This document shows positions 12,201 to 25,153 of a DNA stretch of 64,000 bases, in pieces. The DNA lies in NCBI GenBank assembly GCA_050084515.1, contig CM114271.1, positions 21,762,001-21,826,000 on the forward strand, in the 5' to 3' direction. Position 1 is the stretch's first letter, and each line of letters starts with the position of its first letter. The translations under genes and the position numbers were made by a program. Source of the DNA: Blasia pusilla (taxonomy: Eukaryota). The notes below the pieces were generated by a model. It ran no database searches. It was given only the letters and a program-made list of their open reading frames with translations, and was not told the DNA's origin.

Positions 12201-13744
12201 GGAGGTCGCTGATCCACCTTAACGTGCCCATTAGGTCTAAGCCACATACACATGGGACCAAAAAAAAGTCATCAAAAAGGGCAAAAGCCTCAAGGTGTAG
12301 TAATTAACATTCAGATTGCACTCTTACCATACTTAGAGCTAGGAGAATCGCGAGTCTATAGATCGGGAATAGAATAGCAAGATTGGCTTACATGTAAAGC
12401 TTAAGTGGAAATGAAAGCTTGGTTGGAAATGAAAGCTTTGCTGAAAATCACTATGTATGAATGAAAAACTCAAGAATAGGCCTAGATCAGACTTACACTC
12501 TGAAAGCCCCAGCCCCTTGGTGCAGATCTACCTCTGGTGGCATGTGAATCAAATAAACGACATGTTAAGGAGCGAGGAGAGCGGAGAGCGGGGACACGAA
12601 TGTGAGAGAAAAGAGGAAAGTGAGCAGCGAGAACCGCTAAAGCCATGGCCGAGGTATGCTTAAGGATAGGGTTAGGTGGTTTACCGATCCTATCTCGAAG
12701 CCAACCCTTTTTTTTAATTTGTTTAAAAATGCTCTCCACAAAATTTATTTTCTTTCCCTTGTATTTCTATATGACCTGAGATTTTTTTAATATTAAAAAA
12801 ATTCCCTCCATTATTTATGTATTTTCTTTCCCATATGTTTTCCCCTAACCTAACCTTTTTTAAATTAACTTTTAAAAAATTATCTTTTTTTTGGTTAATG
12901 ATTTTTTAAACACTAAACTTGTTCTTTTCTCTCCCTTTCCTTTTTCTTTTTTTTTTTTCCTTTTTTGCTTCCCATTTTATTCTCTTTTCTTTGGTGAATT
13001 ACCAAGTGTATCGCTCACCTAACCTATATTTTGTTTTTAAATGTAGGCAAAAAATATTCTCCTCCCCCTCCCATTGCCCTTTTTTCCTTCTCATTTTATT
13101 TCATGCTTGGGTAGGTTACTAACCCTATCCCTAACCTAACCTAATTTTTTTTTAGTTTTTCCAAATTTTATTGATTTGCAATCCATTTTTTTCTCTCCCT
13201 CATTTTTTCTTTTTTCTTCCCATTTATTTGTCTTCGTTCCCTTTTGTTCCGTCTTTCTTTGATTGGTCGAAACAACCACATGCCACAAGTCGGCCAATTA
13301 GAGAATCAAGAGAACTAAATGTTAATGCTTCTTTCTTCTTCTTTTTTTAATAATCGATGGTCAAGTTTAATTAATATTTTTGTGGTATGTTATGTATTTG
13401 TGGAGAGGCAACCGCTCAATGCTATCACAAATACACCATTATGCATTATTTCAAGGAGACATATCAACGTACAAAAGAACACCTTTCCAATGTAAGAACC
13501 TTTTTTTTACGCCTTGTATGAAATTTTTTCATATATATACTTATTATGGAGAATACATATGAAAAAAAAGTTGGGAGAGAAACTCCGCCAAAATCCATTT
13601 TTGAGGAGAATAAAGGATGTCCGTTAAGTATAGATAGGGTGGAGCACAAGTCGTATCCGATTTTCTTTAATCCGCACCACATGAAGGTTCTCTTTGTAGA
13701 TAGACACTTGTTTATTCGCTATCTAGTTTACCACTTTAAAGAGG

Positions 13745-14490
13745 CATTCATGAACCAGGTCATGCAATCTCTAACTCCGATGATTCTTCCGATTGAAACG
13801 TACGGAAGGACATGGGATTGTACTTTGTATGTCCTTATATAGCGATCCATGGATGTTAATATGCCTGCTCAAGTAGGGGTTAACACTAGATGTGCCATTT
13901 TTCTTGTGTACAAGCATAAAGTAGTTTATAGAGACTTCATAATTAAGAATTTCATAATTAGATGTTATGAAGAAATGAACGCCTCGACACTACCATTCAT
14001 GATTTCTGTCGTGAGAGAATGGAGAGTGTAAAAAATAATTCTGTGTTGAAAGGGAGAACTTCTTAGAGAGTTATCTTGCATCAACGTCTGTCAGAGCTAG
14101 AAGGTATGCCCTTACTCGTAGAAAAGCTCTCGATGCGACAAATGGTGCTTCCATTGAGAGATCTTTGAGGTGATAGATTGTGTTTTGCAAGTTGAATTTT
14201 AATCAAGATGGCTTCTTTTGGTAGTACTTCATCAATGGGAATTGAGGGAGCTGAGGATCTTCTCTGAACTTTGAAAACATTGTTGAGCCAACAAAGCAGA
14301 GTTCAATTGGGAGAGCAAAAATCAACAAAGGCTCTTCAAGCGATTGTAAAGAAGTTGGGGAGGGTTGATAGGAGGAACATCACCAAGTATGTTGGAGAGT
14401 ATGTTTGTGAGATGGAGGTAAACTGTGTTCCCGAAAGTGATATGGTGTCAAGTTTTGAATTAGATGTAATACCAATGATTAATAGTCAAG
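13745..14490 (+). mobile_element. Gypsy family D 5' fragment: LTR 3' part (ends 14140), putative PBS (from 14143), decayed gag (from 14208)
   Basis: LTR ends ...TGCGACA, followed by aa-TGGTGCTTCCATTG. Gag-like KALQAIVKKLGRVDRRNITKYVGEYVCEMEVN. The LTR part is the reverse complement of 53823-54224. The LTR start was not resolved. Confidence 0.7.
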
Positions 14491-14967
14491 TGGCCGCTCC
14501 ATATTGGTGAGATGGTGGCGGGGTTACAGCGTAGGCTCGCGGCGTGCATGTGGGCAACGACGTGGGCCCTAGAGCCCGCATGTGGACTAGGGCGGTCCAA
14601 GATCAAGGCGATGAATGGGGACGGCCCGATGCAGGCCCAACTCGTTCGCAATGCGCGTTAGAAATCGGATCTTAAAAACATCGTCAGGCAAGATGCGCGC
14701 ACTGGCAAAAAAAGGGTGGAATGCTTTAGTGGCACGGGCCCGGGTGCGGGCCCTGGGCCTGTGAGCCCATTAAGCCTGCACGTACATATACGTCCTCGCG
14801 ACGGACAAAAGTCTGCAGACAGAGACATGTCCGCGTGCAACCTTATAGGGTATGCCAAGATGCGGGCCAAGTGCGAGATATAAGAGTGAATCTCGGATTG
14901 CCACATGGCATCTTGGGGTTGCATGAACGAGGGCGCCGTCACGGAGTGGGGCAAGGTGAGGATGCAT

Positions 14968-15279
14968 GGTTGTAGAAAGTCTATCCTTAGGATGGACGTG
15001 TTTGGACATGTCCACGAACATGGATTGCAAAAGTTGGGGCCCACACTTTATAGTTCATGGTGGAAGGCAAGACAAGGGCGAGCATGATAATAAGGGGGGA
15101 GGGAGAGGAGGTGGGAGGAGGAAGAAACGAGAAGATGTGGATCACAAAGGCAAGTGGGGGGGTGGGGGGGTAAGAAAGAAGGGGGGATGGGGCCCACATA
15201 CACAAGTCATGCTATAAGATGGACATACGTCCACGAACATGGACATGTCCACGGATACAAACTTTGTGCATATGCAACC
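14968..15279 (+). mobile_element. MITE-like dispersed repeat, copy 1 (about 310 bp)
   Basis: Inverted homolog of 42540-42845; ends GGTTG...CAACC; internal palindromic ggacatgtcc motifs. Confidence 0.55.
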
Positions 15280-15899
15280 TTGCCTAGAGGCAGCCCCCCT
15301 ATGGATTGGCGTAGGTTAGGACTGCACACGTGCTGGAAACATGGGCCTGGCCCATGCATGAGCCATTAAGGCATTAAATCATGCCTTTCTAGGTTGTATG
15401 CAGGCTAGCAACGTGGTCATGGCCTATGCATGAGCTACTAACGCGGGCCTTTTGCTCGCCTTTAATGGGGTGGAGGCAGGTTTGATGTGGGTTGGATATG
15501 GCCAATGGTGAACAGTCTGATGCAGAAGGGAACGCAGGCCCGACATGGGACCCAAGTAGGTCTGACGCAAGCTACAAATCGGAAATCGGGTGCCAAAAAC
15601 AAGTTGTGAGTCGCTGGGCCGTGGTGCGGGATGGCCAAGTTCAAATGTTCTTTGCGGGAGAGGCGGGCCCAAGTGCTTTGTAGCATGCATCCTGAAAATA
15701 CACACCTTTTTAATCATCATCAATTCAAATTACTCTATCCTACTATGCTACATTCAAAGGAAAAGAAACCAGAATGTTTTTTTTTCATTCATGAGAAATT
15801 AAAAAAAGAAAGTTTGAGAAGAAAGCACCAATCGCTAAGTTTCTCAAATGAGGGTAAGAGGAAAAGAGAAATTTTTTCAACAAAGAAGATTTCACAAGG

Positions 15900-16900
15900 A
15901 GATTTTTTTTCAATGGAATGTTTTTTTAAGAGTGTTTAATTTTCAATAAGGGATGGGTGGATGTATAAGGTTGAATTTTGAATGACCCTATGCTTTCCTT
16001 GCGGAAGGGATGTATCCTCTCTATTTTTCTTTGCCATTCTAAAGGTATGGAGAGAGGGAGAAAGTTTATCTTTATTCCCCTATCTGGACTCCCATGGTCT
16101 TTTGGAGGGATGAAGATAGATAAGATGGGACCTCTACATTCCTGCACATGATAGAATTAAGAAGAGGATAACGAATGAGGTGGATGGGGGGATATGAGAT
16201 AGAAAAAGGAATAAAAGGGAAGAAGATAGAAAATACTCCATTTCTCAAGAGCGGAGGGAAAAAAATATATCCCTCGGAAACTGATATGGAAGATAGAAGA
16301 GGGTTCCTCCTAGTATTCAAAGGGATAGAGACAAATGGGCCTTCAATCTAAGATTTTGGGAAGGTCCATCCATTCCAATGCCCTCCAAAGAATGATAAGC
16401 CTCAATAAATATGCATGATGGAAAACCAAATAGTAAAACAAAAGAGAGAGAAGTCTATCGTTGCCCCCCCATCTTCTTGCATAGTATATGATGAAGAAAC
16501 AAGATAGATCCTAAAGGAGTGAAGGGACATACGAAGAGAAACAGAGAAAGTAAAACCCTCTCTATTCCTCGGGAAAATACATAATTACTTAGATGGATGA
16601 TAAAATGATTTGCATCTTATATGGAAAAAAGGTATGAGAACAAAAATAATGGATTGTCTCCCAACAAGAGTCCATTCACCCTATGCATAGCATGAACACC
16701 AAATACAAATAATGTAGAAACCCTTTGAGAGGGGATGGGAAGAAAAATACTATCAAACATATGCGTAGAGCATGTGGATATGTAGATAGCCAAATAAACT
16801 AAAGAGAGCTTATAAGGGTAGTAAAAATAATTATCAAACATGTGTAGGCTAGATGGCCAAGAAAAAGAAGGCCGTAGATACGAGAATTTAAGAAGAAACA
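15900..16900 (-). mobile_element. Possible very decayed L1-like LINE remnant
   Basis: Scattered minus-strand motifs only (QEDGG..IDF-like, IPLEWQRKI, IERVL); no contiguous ORF. Confidence 0.25.
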
Positions 16901-17334
16901 ATGAAGAAATTAATGTGACCCACTAAAAATTGTGGGTTATGGTGGTAATAGGGGGTGTCATTTTACTGGCTATCCAGGGTTTTAGGTTTCCCTGGAACTC
17001 TCTATCTAGGGACTCGCCGGATCTCAAACGGATAGCTTCCCGCTTTGGCCTGGGCGGGGAGTATCTTTCTTGTCAATTTTGATTTCTTCCGATGTACCCC
17101 CATGGAATTAGGGTTGTCCCAGACAACATGCATAGATATTCGAATAATTTGCTAATGCATGAAATCCTATCCTAAGAAAACTAAACCAAAAATCTTACAT
17201 TCTTGTGCACATCCCGCTATAGAATTAAGCATGGAGATTAGATTATCCATATACGGGCTTACGGGAGTGGGCATGAGCTTGTGAGATTTCCTTTAGCTTT
17301 GTTCTTACAATTCTAAAGTTTTGTTGAAGAAAAT

Positions 17335-20300
17335 CTACAAAATCGATGCCAAAATTTTGGTAGTATGGAGGCCACGAGATGAAGAATTTTTTTGGCTAAG
17401 GAATTTGGAACTATTTACTCTTCCAATTTTTTGGCATTGCATGTAAGAAAGTAAAAAACATAATGCAATTGATGGTGTGCAAAATGGATGAGCAAGGAGG
17501 AGGTTAGCTAGAGAGAAAGAAAATTGGCATTTAAGCATGAAGCATTTAAGCATAAGAAAAAAAGAAGCACGGGCTACTGCAAAATTTCCAAGTTGTGGAT
17601 CCAATCCTCACTGCTAGAATGAAACTATGGCACTTGGAGCACAAAGATACTCTGGAGGACCTACATCAAAGAGTTTCGTGACTTACAGATACGGATCCGC
17701 AACATGAGTGGGGAAGAAGCCCTTGATTTGTTCAAGAGAGGTTTGAAGAGGAAGGTGCGTCAAGAAGTGATTGAAGACAATCTCGACCCAAGAATATCAA
17801 TGAAGCAATTGCATGTGCCCAACGTATGGCAAATGTGTACGAAGAAGGAGGAGAGGTGGTTGCTTCCATGAACAACCACTATGGACCCACACTGATGGAT
17901 TTGGGTACTAACCTTCAAGCACAAAATGGTTATGCGCCACGAAAGTTTAATGGAAGGATGCCAATGAAGAAAGATCGAAATCCCAACATACAAGGGATTG
18001 CTCCTTGAACCGGGGTCGAGGTTCCAAGAGGAGGGAGAGAATTTGAAGTCTGAAGAGATACGCGCCAATGTTTTGAGTGTGGTATATATGGTCATATAGC
18101 CATGAAGAGTCGCCTTTGTAGGCTTGGAAATAGGCCATATTGTCGCCCTCTTAATCATCTTGAAGGAGGACACTTGCAAGAAGATGACAAAGAAGGCGAA
18201 TCCCAGGAAAATGCCAACCACTAATAATCTTGCGTGGTCGATATACTCGTTCGAGCAAAAGGAGAAAAGGCCAAGGTTGACACAAACATTTGGAGGTAAC
18301 TGGTTTGAAGAGAGGAGAAAGACGTCTTATTGTTATAGATGGGGAAGTAGAAGGATCCCAAGTTAGAGTGTTGATTAATCTTGGTGTAATAGAAAACTTC
18401 CTTTCAAGAGCCATAACTATGAAGTTGTGCCTAGCGTTAGTGAGGAATCAAAAAGAAGAGTTAGAATTTCCAAATAGGCAAACAGAAAAGATTGAGAAGC
18501 TTCCTCGAGGGATAGATTTGAGGATAGGAAAGTATCATGAAGAGTTGGAGATGAAGATCATTAGATTAGCACGTTATGATGCTATCTTGGGGATGCCTTG
18601 GATGGAACAATACAATCCATAGGTAGATTGGAGAAAAAAGTTTGTGAAGACCCGAGAGTGGAAGCTTCATGGAGATAGAGTCAGATCGCGTCTTAAAACC
18701 CTACCCCTATATGTAATAAGGAAAACCGCCATCAAACATCAAGATGTATGTTTCATGGGTTTAATAAGAGATGTTGGTGGTTTGAAAAAATATTCAGAGA
18801 TACCAAATCGACGAGTTGAGAGTAGTATTGGAGGAATATAAAGATGTATTCCCAAACGAATTACCATAAATATTACCACCCAAACGGAGGGTAGACCATA
18901 AGGTTGAGGTCATTCCAAGAAGCACATTACCATGTAAGGCTCCTTACCATTTAGCAACAAAGGAATTAGAAGAATGCAAAGCCCAAGTGGAGAAGATGTT
19001 GCAAAAAGACTTCATCCAACTAAACATCTCGCAATATATGTGGAGCCCTTGTTCTTTTTGTGAAAATGAAAGATGGAAGCATATGATTGTGAATCGACTA
19101 TCGAGCACTAAATCAACAAACAGTAAAAAAAAAAAATCCATTACCAAGAATGCATATGGATGATTTTTTCAACCAACTATAAGGAGCAATTGAAATATTT
19201 TACCAAACTCAATCTTAGAAGCGGCTACAACCGAATTCAAATTAAGGATGAAGATGTGCCCAAGACTACTTTTCGTACTGAGTATGGACACTTTTTGAAT
19301 ACTTAGTCATGCCATTTGGTCTTACTTATGCACCTCCAACCTTTATGGGCCTAATGAATGGTATCTTTCGTCCACATTTTAATAAGTGTGTCATCATATT
19401 CTTAGATGATATCTTGATGTATAGCTAAACCATAGACCATAGAGGAGCATATAAATGATCTATGAGAAGTCCTTAAAATCCTAAGAGATAATGAGTTGTA
19501 TGCTAAAGCTCCAAAATATGAGTTTGGTAAGATAGAAGTTGATTATCTAGGGCATCGAGTAAGCGCAAAAGACATTCAAGTGATGAGTGAGAAGGTAGAA
19601 GCAATCCATAAATGGAATGAGCCTGAATATCAAATTCAATTAAAAAGTTTTGTAGGGTTAACAAGATTCTAAAGTTTATCCAAGGTTCCGCTCAAATTGC
19701 ACAATCCTTGACAACTTTACTAAGAAAAGGACAAAAATAGGATTGGGATATATCACAAGATATTGTTTTTCAATCATCAAAAGATGTCTTGATCAAAGCC
19801 TATTTTGAAGTGGTATGATCCTAATCGACCCATCAAGTTGGCCATGGATGCTTCATATATTAGTAGCATTGGATGAATATTACAATAAGAGTGGGAGGAT
19901 AGATGACATCATATTGCCTTCTTTTTTCGCAAGTTATTGCCAACGGAGCAAAACTACCATACAATCGGGCGAGAAGAACTAGCTATTGTATTGGAAACCA
20001 AGCATTGGAAATATTACTTGGGCGATGAGGAGGTTATGGTGGAGATTGATCACAAGCCCCTGGAATTGCTCAAGGATTGATTTTCCATAAAGGTAAAGTA
20101 TGGATCCCATAAGATCCACAGGTACGCACTTAAATATTGTCTGAAGCTCACCACACAATCATTGCGGGAAACCTTAGAGGGATTACAACGAGCATATTAT
20201 TGGCCCAAAAATTAGAAAAGTTGTTGAGGTTTATGTAAGGAGTTATATGATTTGTCAACAAATCAAGGCTAGTAATACAAAACAAGCAAGATTTTTACAG

Positions 20301-20575
20301 CCCATCCCAACACCTAAACAATGTTGGAAATAAATCACGATGGATCTTGTTTATAAGCTACCATCTTTGATCACGGGATATGACTCTATTTTAGTCTTTA
20401 TGGATAGACTAAGTAAGATGATACACCTTCGTCCGACCAAGAAGACCATCATTGCACCAGAGTTGGCTTGGATCTACATCGAGATAATCTTTGTTCATCT
20501 TGGTCTTCCTAAAGTGCTTATCAGTGATAGAGGAACCCATTTCACGAGTCTATTTTGGAAGGCTTTATTTTCTTT
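17335..20575 (+). mobile_element. Decayed Ty3/Gypsy gag-pol (gag, knuckle, protease, RT, RNase H, integrase N-half)
   Basis: CFECGIYGH knuckle (about 18068), protease-like [15 protein letters not shown] (about 19400), DHKPL (about 20048), MDLVYKLP...DRLSKMIH...ISDRGTHFTSLFW. Many stops and frameshifts. Confidence 0.9.
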
Positions 20576-20577
20576 AA

Positions 20578-23500
20578 CACGCTATGCAAATTTTTTGCCG
20601 GACTACGCAAATAATCTCACATATAAACTTTGGTTCTTACATGAAAATTTTTCAGAGTGGACACCATCCACCTAATCCGGCTTGTAATTCGGGATCCTCG
20701 GCTCATAATCAAGTTTGAACTAAGTATGCTTCTTCCTTATAATTAGCCGAATTAGGCGCTAATAATCTGTTTCTCCTCCTAAGCCGCCTGCTTATCAAGG
20801 AGTGTCGTGCGCGCTTGCTAATCGGGCTTGTAATTCCTTCATGTCTGCTCATAATCAAGTTCCAATCTCAACTATTAATTCTCCTCTCCTCTTCTCTCCG
20901 CGTACAAACTGCGGAGCAAATCACGTCTCTCCCGCTCTTCTCCTAGCTCCGTTCCACATTTGAATTAAAATTCCTCATGCTTCCCCAATCCCGATTGAAC
21001 CCTAATCGAGAAGAGTAACCCCGTTCGAGAAGGCAAAATGGTCCATCTAGGATACGATTGACGTCATACCAACATCCGTCGGGGAGAAAACGTCCATGAG
21101 ACTATGATGATCGTCCATCCAACAAACGTCCTTCGTCATGGGGTGCATGCCGTCCATTATGGGCTGGACGGCGTCGGGCCAACCTGCCAACCTTGTGCCG
21201 GCTTCCAATCCCGATATCTGTTGGACGGCATTCTTGCAACGGCACCATTTCTCGGAGCTACCGATGCTAAAATTGAGGCCCAATGCTGCTTGAACTAGCA
21301 ACTACCCTCGCTTTTTCAATGTGAAGCCGTGACAAACTATGGGCTTTGTCCCATATATAAATTGGTCCTTTCGATACGAAAGTATGTTCCACATAGTTAC
21401 TATGCGTCCAAAAAGCTCATAGGAAAGCTTGGATTGAGTTACAACTCATACCATGCATGTCCCATTGGATGTGTGTTATTCCGTGGAGATCTGAAAGATT
21501 TAACTTCTTGCCCACAGTGCAAGAAGTCTTGATTCAAGCAAGTAGGGAAGTCGTTAGTATCATGTAAGGTACTTTGACACTTCCTCGTCATCAAGGATGC
21601 GGCAAATGTTTAGATGTCCCACCTTGTCATAATTGTTGGTGTGGGCAACATGTAACAAGAGCCAGGATGGGATGGTTAGACATGCAGGTGATAGCAAAGC
21701 ATGGACTCATGTTGATGAAACTTACCCTGAATTTGGCGAAGAAAAAATAAATTGTAGATTTGGGTTAGCTCTGGATGGGGTGAACCCCTTTCCAGATAAA
21801 TCTAGTTCTTGGTCAACATGGCCAATTTTGCTAGTAAATTATAACTTGCCTTCTTGGTTGCAAACCAAAAAAATCTTGGTTTGCTTGCACTCCTTATACT
21901 TGGTAAGGAGAGTGTGCACGGAGGGAATATCAATACATATCTTGCCCCATTAGTTGAGGAATTTGAAGAGTTATGGCAAGGTGTGGTACTCCATGATGTT
22001 TGAAAACCCCATGGGAAGTGGGAGTTTACCTTTAAGTCAATGATCCTTTGGACTATCAATGACTATCTTGCACTGGGTAAAATATCTAGGCAAAGCCATG
22101 GTGGAAAGCTTGCATGTATCGTATGCGGGCCTAGGGTGGAATCAGATTTTCCCAATGAGTGTGGCAAACCCATATTTGGAGGTCATCGACGATACTTGCC
22201 CTCCTCTCATCCATGGAGAGGTAGGAAGTGTTGGATTCTCAACATCCAGTTCTCTGAGCACCATTAATCTGATCGGCCCCCTTGTATAAGGAGAAGCCTA
22301 GATTGATGGTTCCGACTTAGACGTCGGAGGAGTCATAAGAATATGACGTAGGTGGTTTTAGGAGTAGCGTTACTAGGATTATCTAACCCTATATTGCATT
22401 AAGGTACGAGGCACCCTGATGCACAAATTTTCTATTAATAGAAATAAAGAAAAATAGGTAAAAAACCCTAGTTTCCCGAGTAGTGAAATAGTAGGGAGCC
22501 GCAGCGATAGCGCATTCTCGTATGTCGAGTTATCTCCATGTTCAAGTTCCATCGAAGCTCTTCTGTGAGCGCACGGACGGACTAGGCTACTTTGTATCTC
22601 TAAGTTTTGTAAATATTTCAGTGATTTCGTCACTTTTTATTTTCTCACATGGTATCAAAGCACTAGGTTTTCCAATATTTTATATGTGGCGATCTAGTGT
22701 ATTTGCACAAAATCTTGAGAGATGGCTACTTCTTTGTCAGTTCGTGCTCGCCCTCCTCCGCTGGGTGAAGGGAAGTTATATGGGTCTAACTATACATTGT
22801 GGAAGTTCAAAATGAGAATTGTCCTCGAATCATTTAATATCTGGGAGATGGCCACATGGGTCGATTCGAATCCACAAGCTACTTTGAGTTCTGCATGTTC
22901 ATCTTCGTCTGGTGATATCGATCATGTTGTATTGTTGGCATGAAAAATTTTCTATTTATAGAAATGAAGAAAAAAAGGTTAAAAACCCTAGTTTCCCGAT
23001 TAGTGAAATAGTCGGGAGCCACAGCGGTAGCGCATTCTCGTATGTCCAGTTATCTCCATGTTCAGGCTCCATCGAAGCTCTTCTGTGAGCGCACAGACAG
23101 ACTAGGCTACTTTGTATCTCTAAGTTTTGTAAAGATTTCAGTGATTTTGTCACTTTCTATTTTCTCACAGGAAGTATGGCATCCATTTTAATGGTAAAGG
23201 GGAAGCTAGACCACCACCGGAAAGGGTTACAACAGAGGAGATTCTTGCATGGGCCGAGGAGAAGAAAGAATATGACGAGAGTGGGGAGAAGATGGTCCTT
23301 TTGATCCATACCAAAAAACAGGAGTGAAGAGGAGGAGTCTACTCTTCAATTTACGTCATTGTCAAGTATCCTAACAACTAACCTTAGGTTCTTACTACCA
23401 AAATCCATCATTGTCGCGTTATATATCATTTTTGGCTTCATAACTCCCTGATGGGATTCCTTGATCACGCACTAACATCTTCTTATTCACCACACAATGG

Positions 23501-25153
23501 ATGTCATGTATGTGGAGAAGAATATTTTTGAAAGATTAGTAAAGAAAATATTTGGAATAAAAGATACAGTCAATGTTAGAAGAGATATGGAGGCAAGAAG
23601 AGTTCGACCTCATTTGTGGTTACAGCCCCACCTATGGAGAGTAGAAGGTCTTGTCAAACCTAGTGCAGATTATGTGTTATCTTCTCATGAGTTGATGGTA
23701 GTTCTCGGTGGAATTGAGGCACTCAAAGTGCCCATGGGTTATTGCAGTGAGTTGAGGAAGCACGTGGTACACAAGAAATTGGGAAACATGAAGTCACATG
23801 ATTACCATGTGTTGCTTCATCAGATCCTACCTTACTCCCTACATGGCCTCATGACAAAGGAAGTTTTGATGACCATCGTGAGGTTAAGTAGGATTTTTAG
23901 AAGTATATGTATGAAAGTCTATGATCCATCCCAAATTAAAAGATTAGGATACTATTATCATATTATGTCTATTAGAGATGCACTTCCCCCCTACCTGCTT
24001 TGACGTAATGATCCATTTACTTGTCCATTTAATTGACGAGCTTGATATATGTGGGCCAACAGCTTGTCGTTGGATATACCCAATAGAGAGGTACATGGAC
24101 ACCATGAAGAAGTACGTACGGTCCAAAGCCAGACCAGAGGGATGTATGTCAGAAGGGTATGTTAAAGATGAAGCCATGGTATTTTTCACTGAGTATATGA
24201 GGAAGTTTGAAGCCATTAAGACACGTTCGTGGGATGATGGCGAGGAAGATGGAGTGATAGGAGAGGAGTTTGAAGGGGTAGGGGTGCCTATTCGTCTTTC
24301 ACACGAAGTGTTGCGATTGGCACTTCATTACATTCTACACAATACAAAATCATTGGAAGTATGGCATGGGTAGGTTTCTAAACTACTACTATTTTTTTTC
24401 TGGCATGTTTGTTGTTTTTCATAGTTGGCAGGAAGTGATATTCAACATCTTTATTATATATCCTTCTCATATTTTTTTGTGCGGGAAGTACAACTTGGAA
24501 TGACCCAACTTACCCTTTGAAGATTGGATTCACAAAGCTATGATCATTGAGGCTAATCACCAGCCATTTGAACTTGATCCGTTTGCCTTTGCCTTGTCCA
24601 TTTCACCTCAGGCCAAGGTTCTTTCTTACAAAAGTATGAAAGCATATGGAAACTATTATAGAGTAGAGGGAAGGGATGGAGTAAATTCCTTTTCCACATT
24701 TGATTGTGGCATAGGAGCATGTTTTTGGGATGAGAAAAAATCCCCATCAAATTGTGCTTATTCTTATGTTGGAACCTTGACATATAAACTTGCTTTTGAT
24801 TACGGGTCGGTTGATCAACCAGTAGTGTTGATGAGAGGGGATGGGTTAGGGCAAATTGGGAATCCCGTAAAAAATCAATGAGAAGAGATACTGAAGGATT
24901 CTTGTTAGTCAGTTTGAAGTCTTGCCTACCAACATTAGACCAACCCTTTGTTTTTCCATCCCAAGTGGAGCAAGTATTTTTTGGCAAGGCAAGTGAAGGG
25001 AGTGGATGGAAAGTAGTATTGCGCAAGGAAGCTCGGGCCCGTAGAGTATTTGCTGAAGATAGTGAGATGACACACATGGATAATGGAGATTTCATTGGTC
25101 TGCGTTTATCGATAAGCTTACCCGAGAGGATTCCTTTTGTAAACACACTATGA
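20578..25153 (+). mobile_element. CACTA/EnSpm DNA transposon, decayed TnpD-type transposase, interrupted by a Copia insertion
   Basis: HACPIGC..CPQC, DSKAW, LALDGVNPF, WPILLVNYNLP, GHRRYLPSSHPWR, KSHDYHVLL, HLLVHL...GP...W.YPIERYM..KKYVRSKARPEG, QPFVFPSQVEQVFF. Subterminal-like direct repeats at 20673-20720 and 20820-20870. Termini uncertain. Confidence 0.9.
22229..23169 (+). mobile_element. Internally deleted Copia family A element with 5-bp TSD GGAAG
   Basis: TG...CA termini; GGAAG at 22224-22228 and 23170-23174; 5' LTR 22229-22649; PBS tggtatcaaagc; gag stub 22722-22943; 5'-truncated 3' LTR about 22944-23169. Confidence 0.95.

Noticed and set aside
12660..13145. Interstitial telomeric repeats or MITE (cctaacc motifs; 12-bp inverted ggatagggttag)
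   Set aside because: Motifs are isolated and not tandem TTTAGGG; no TSD or second copy in the window.
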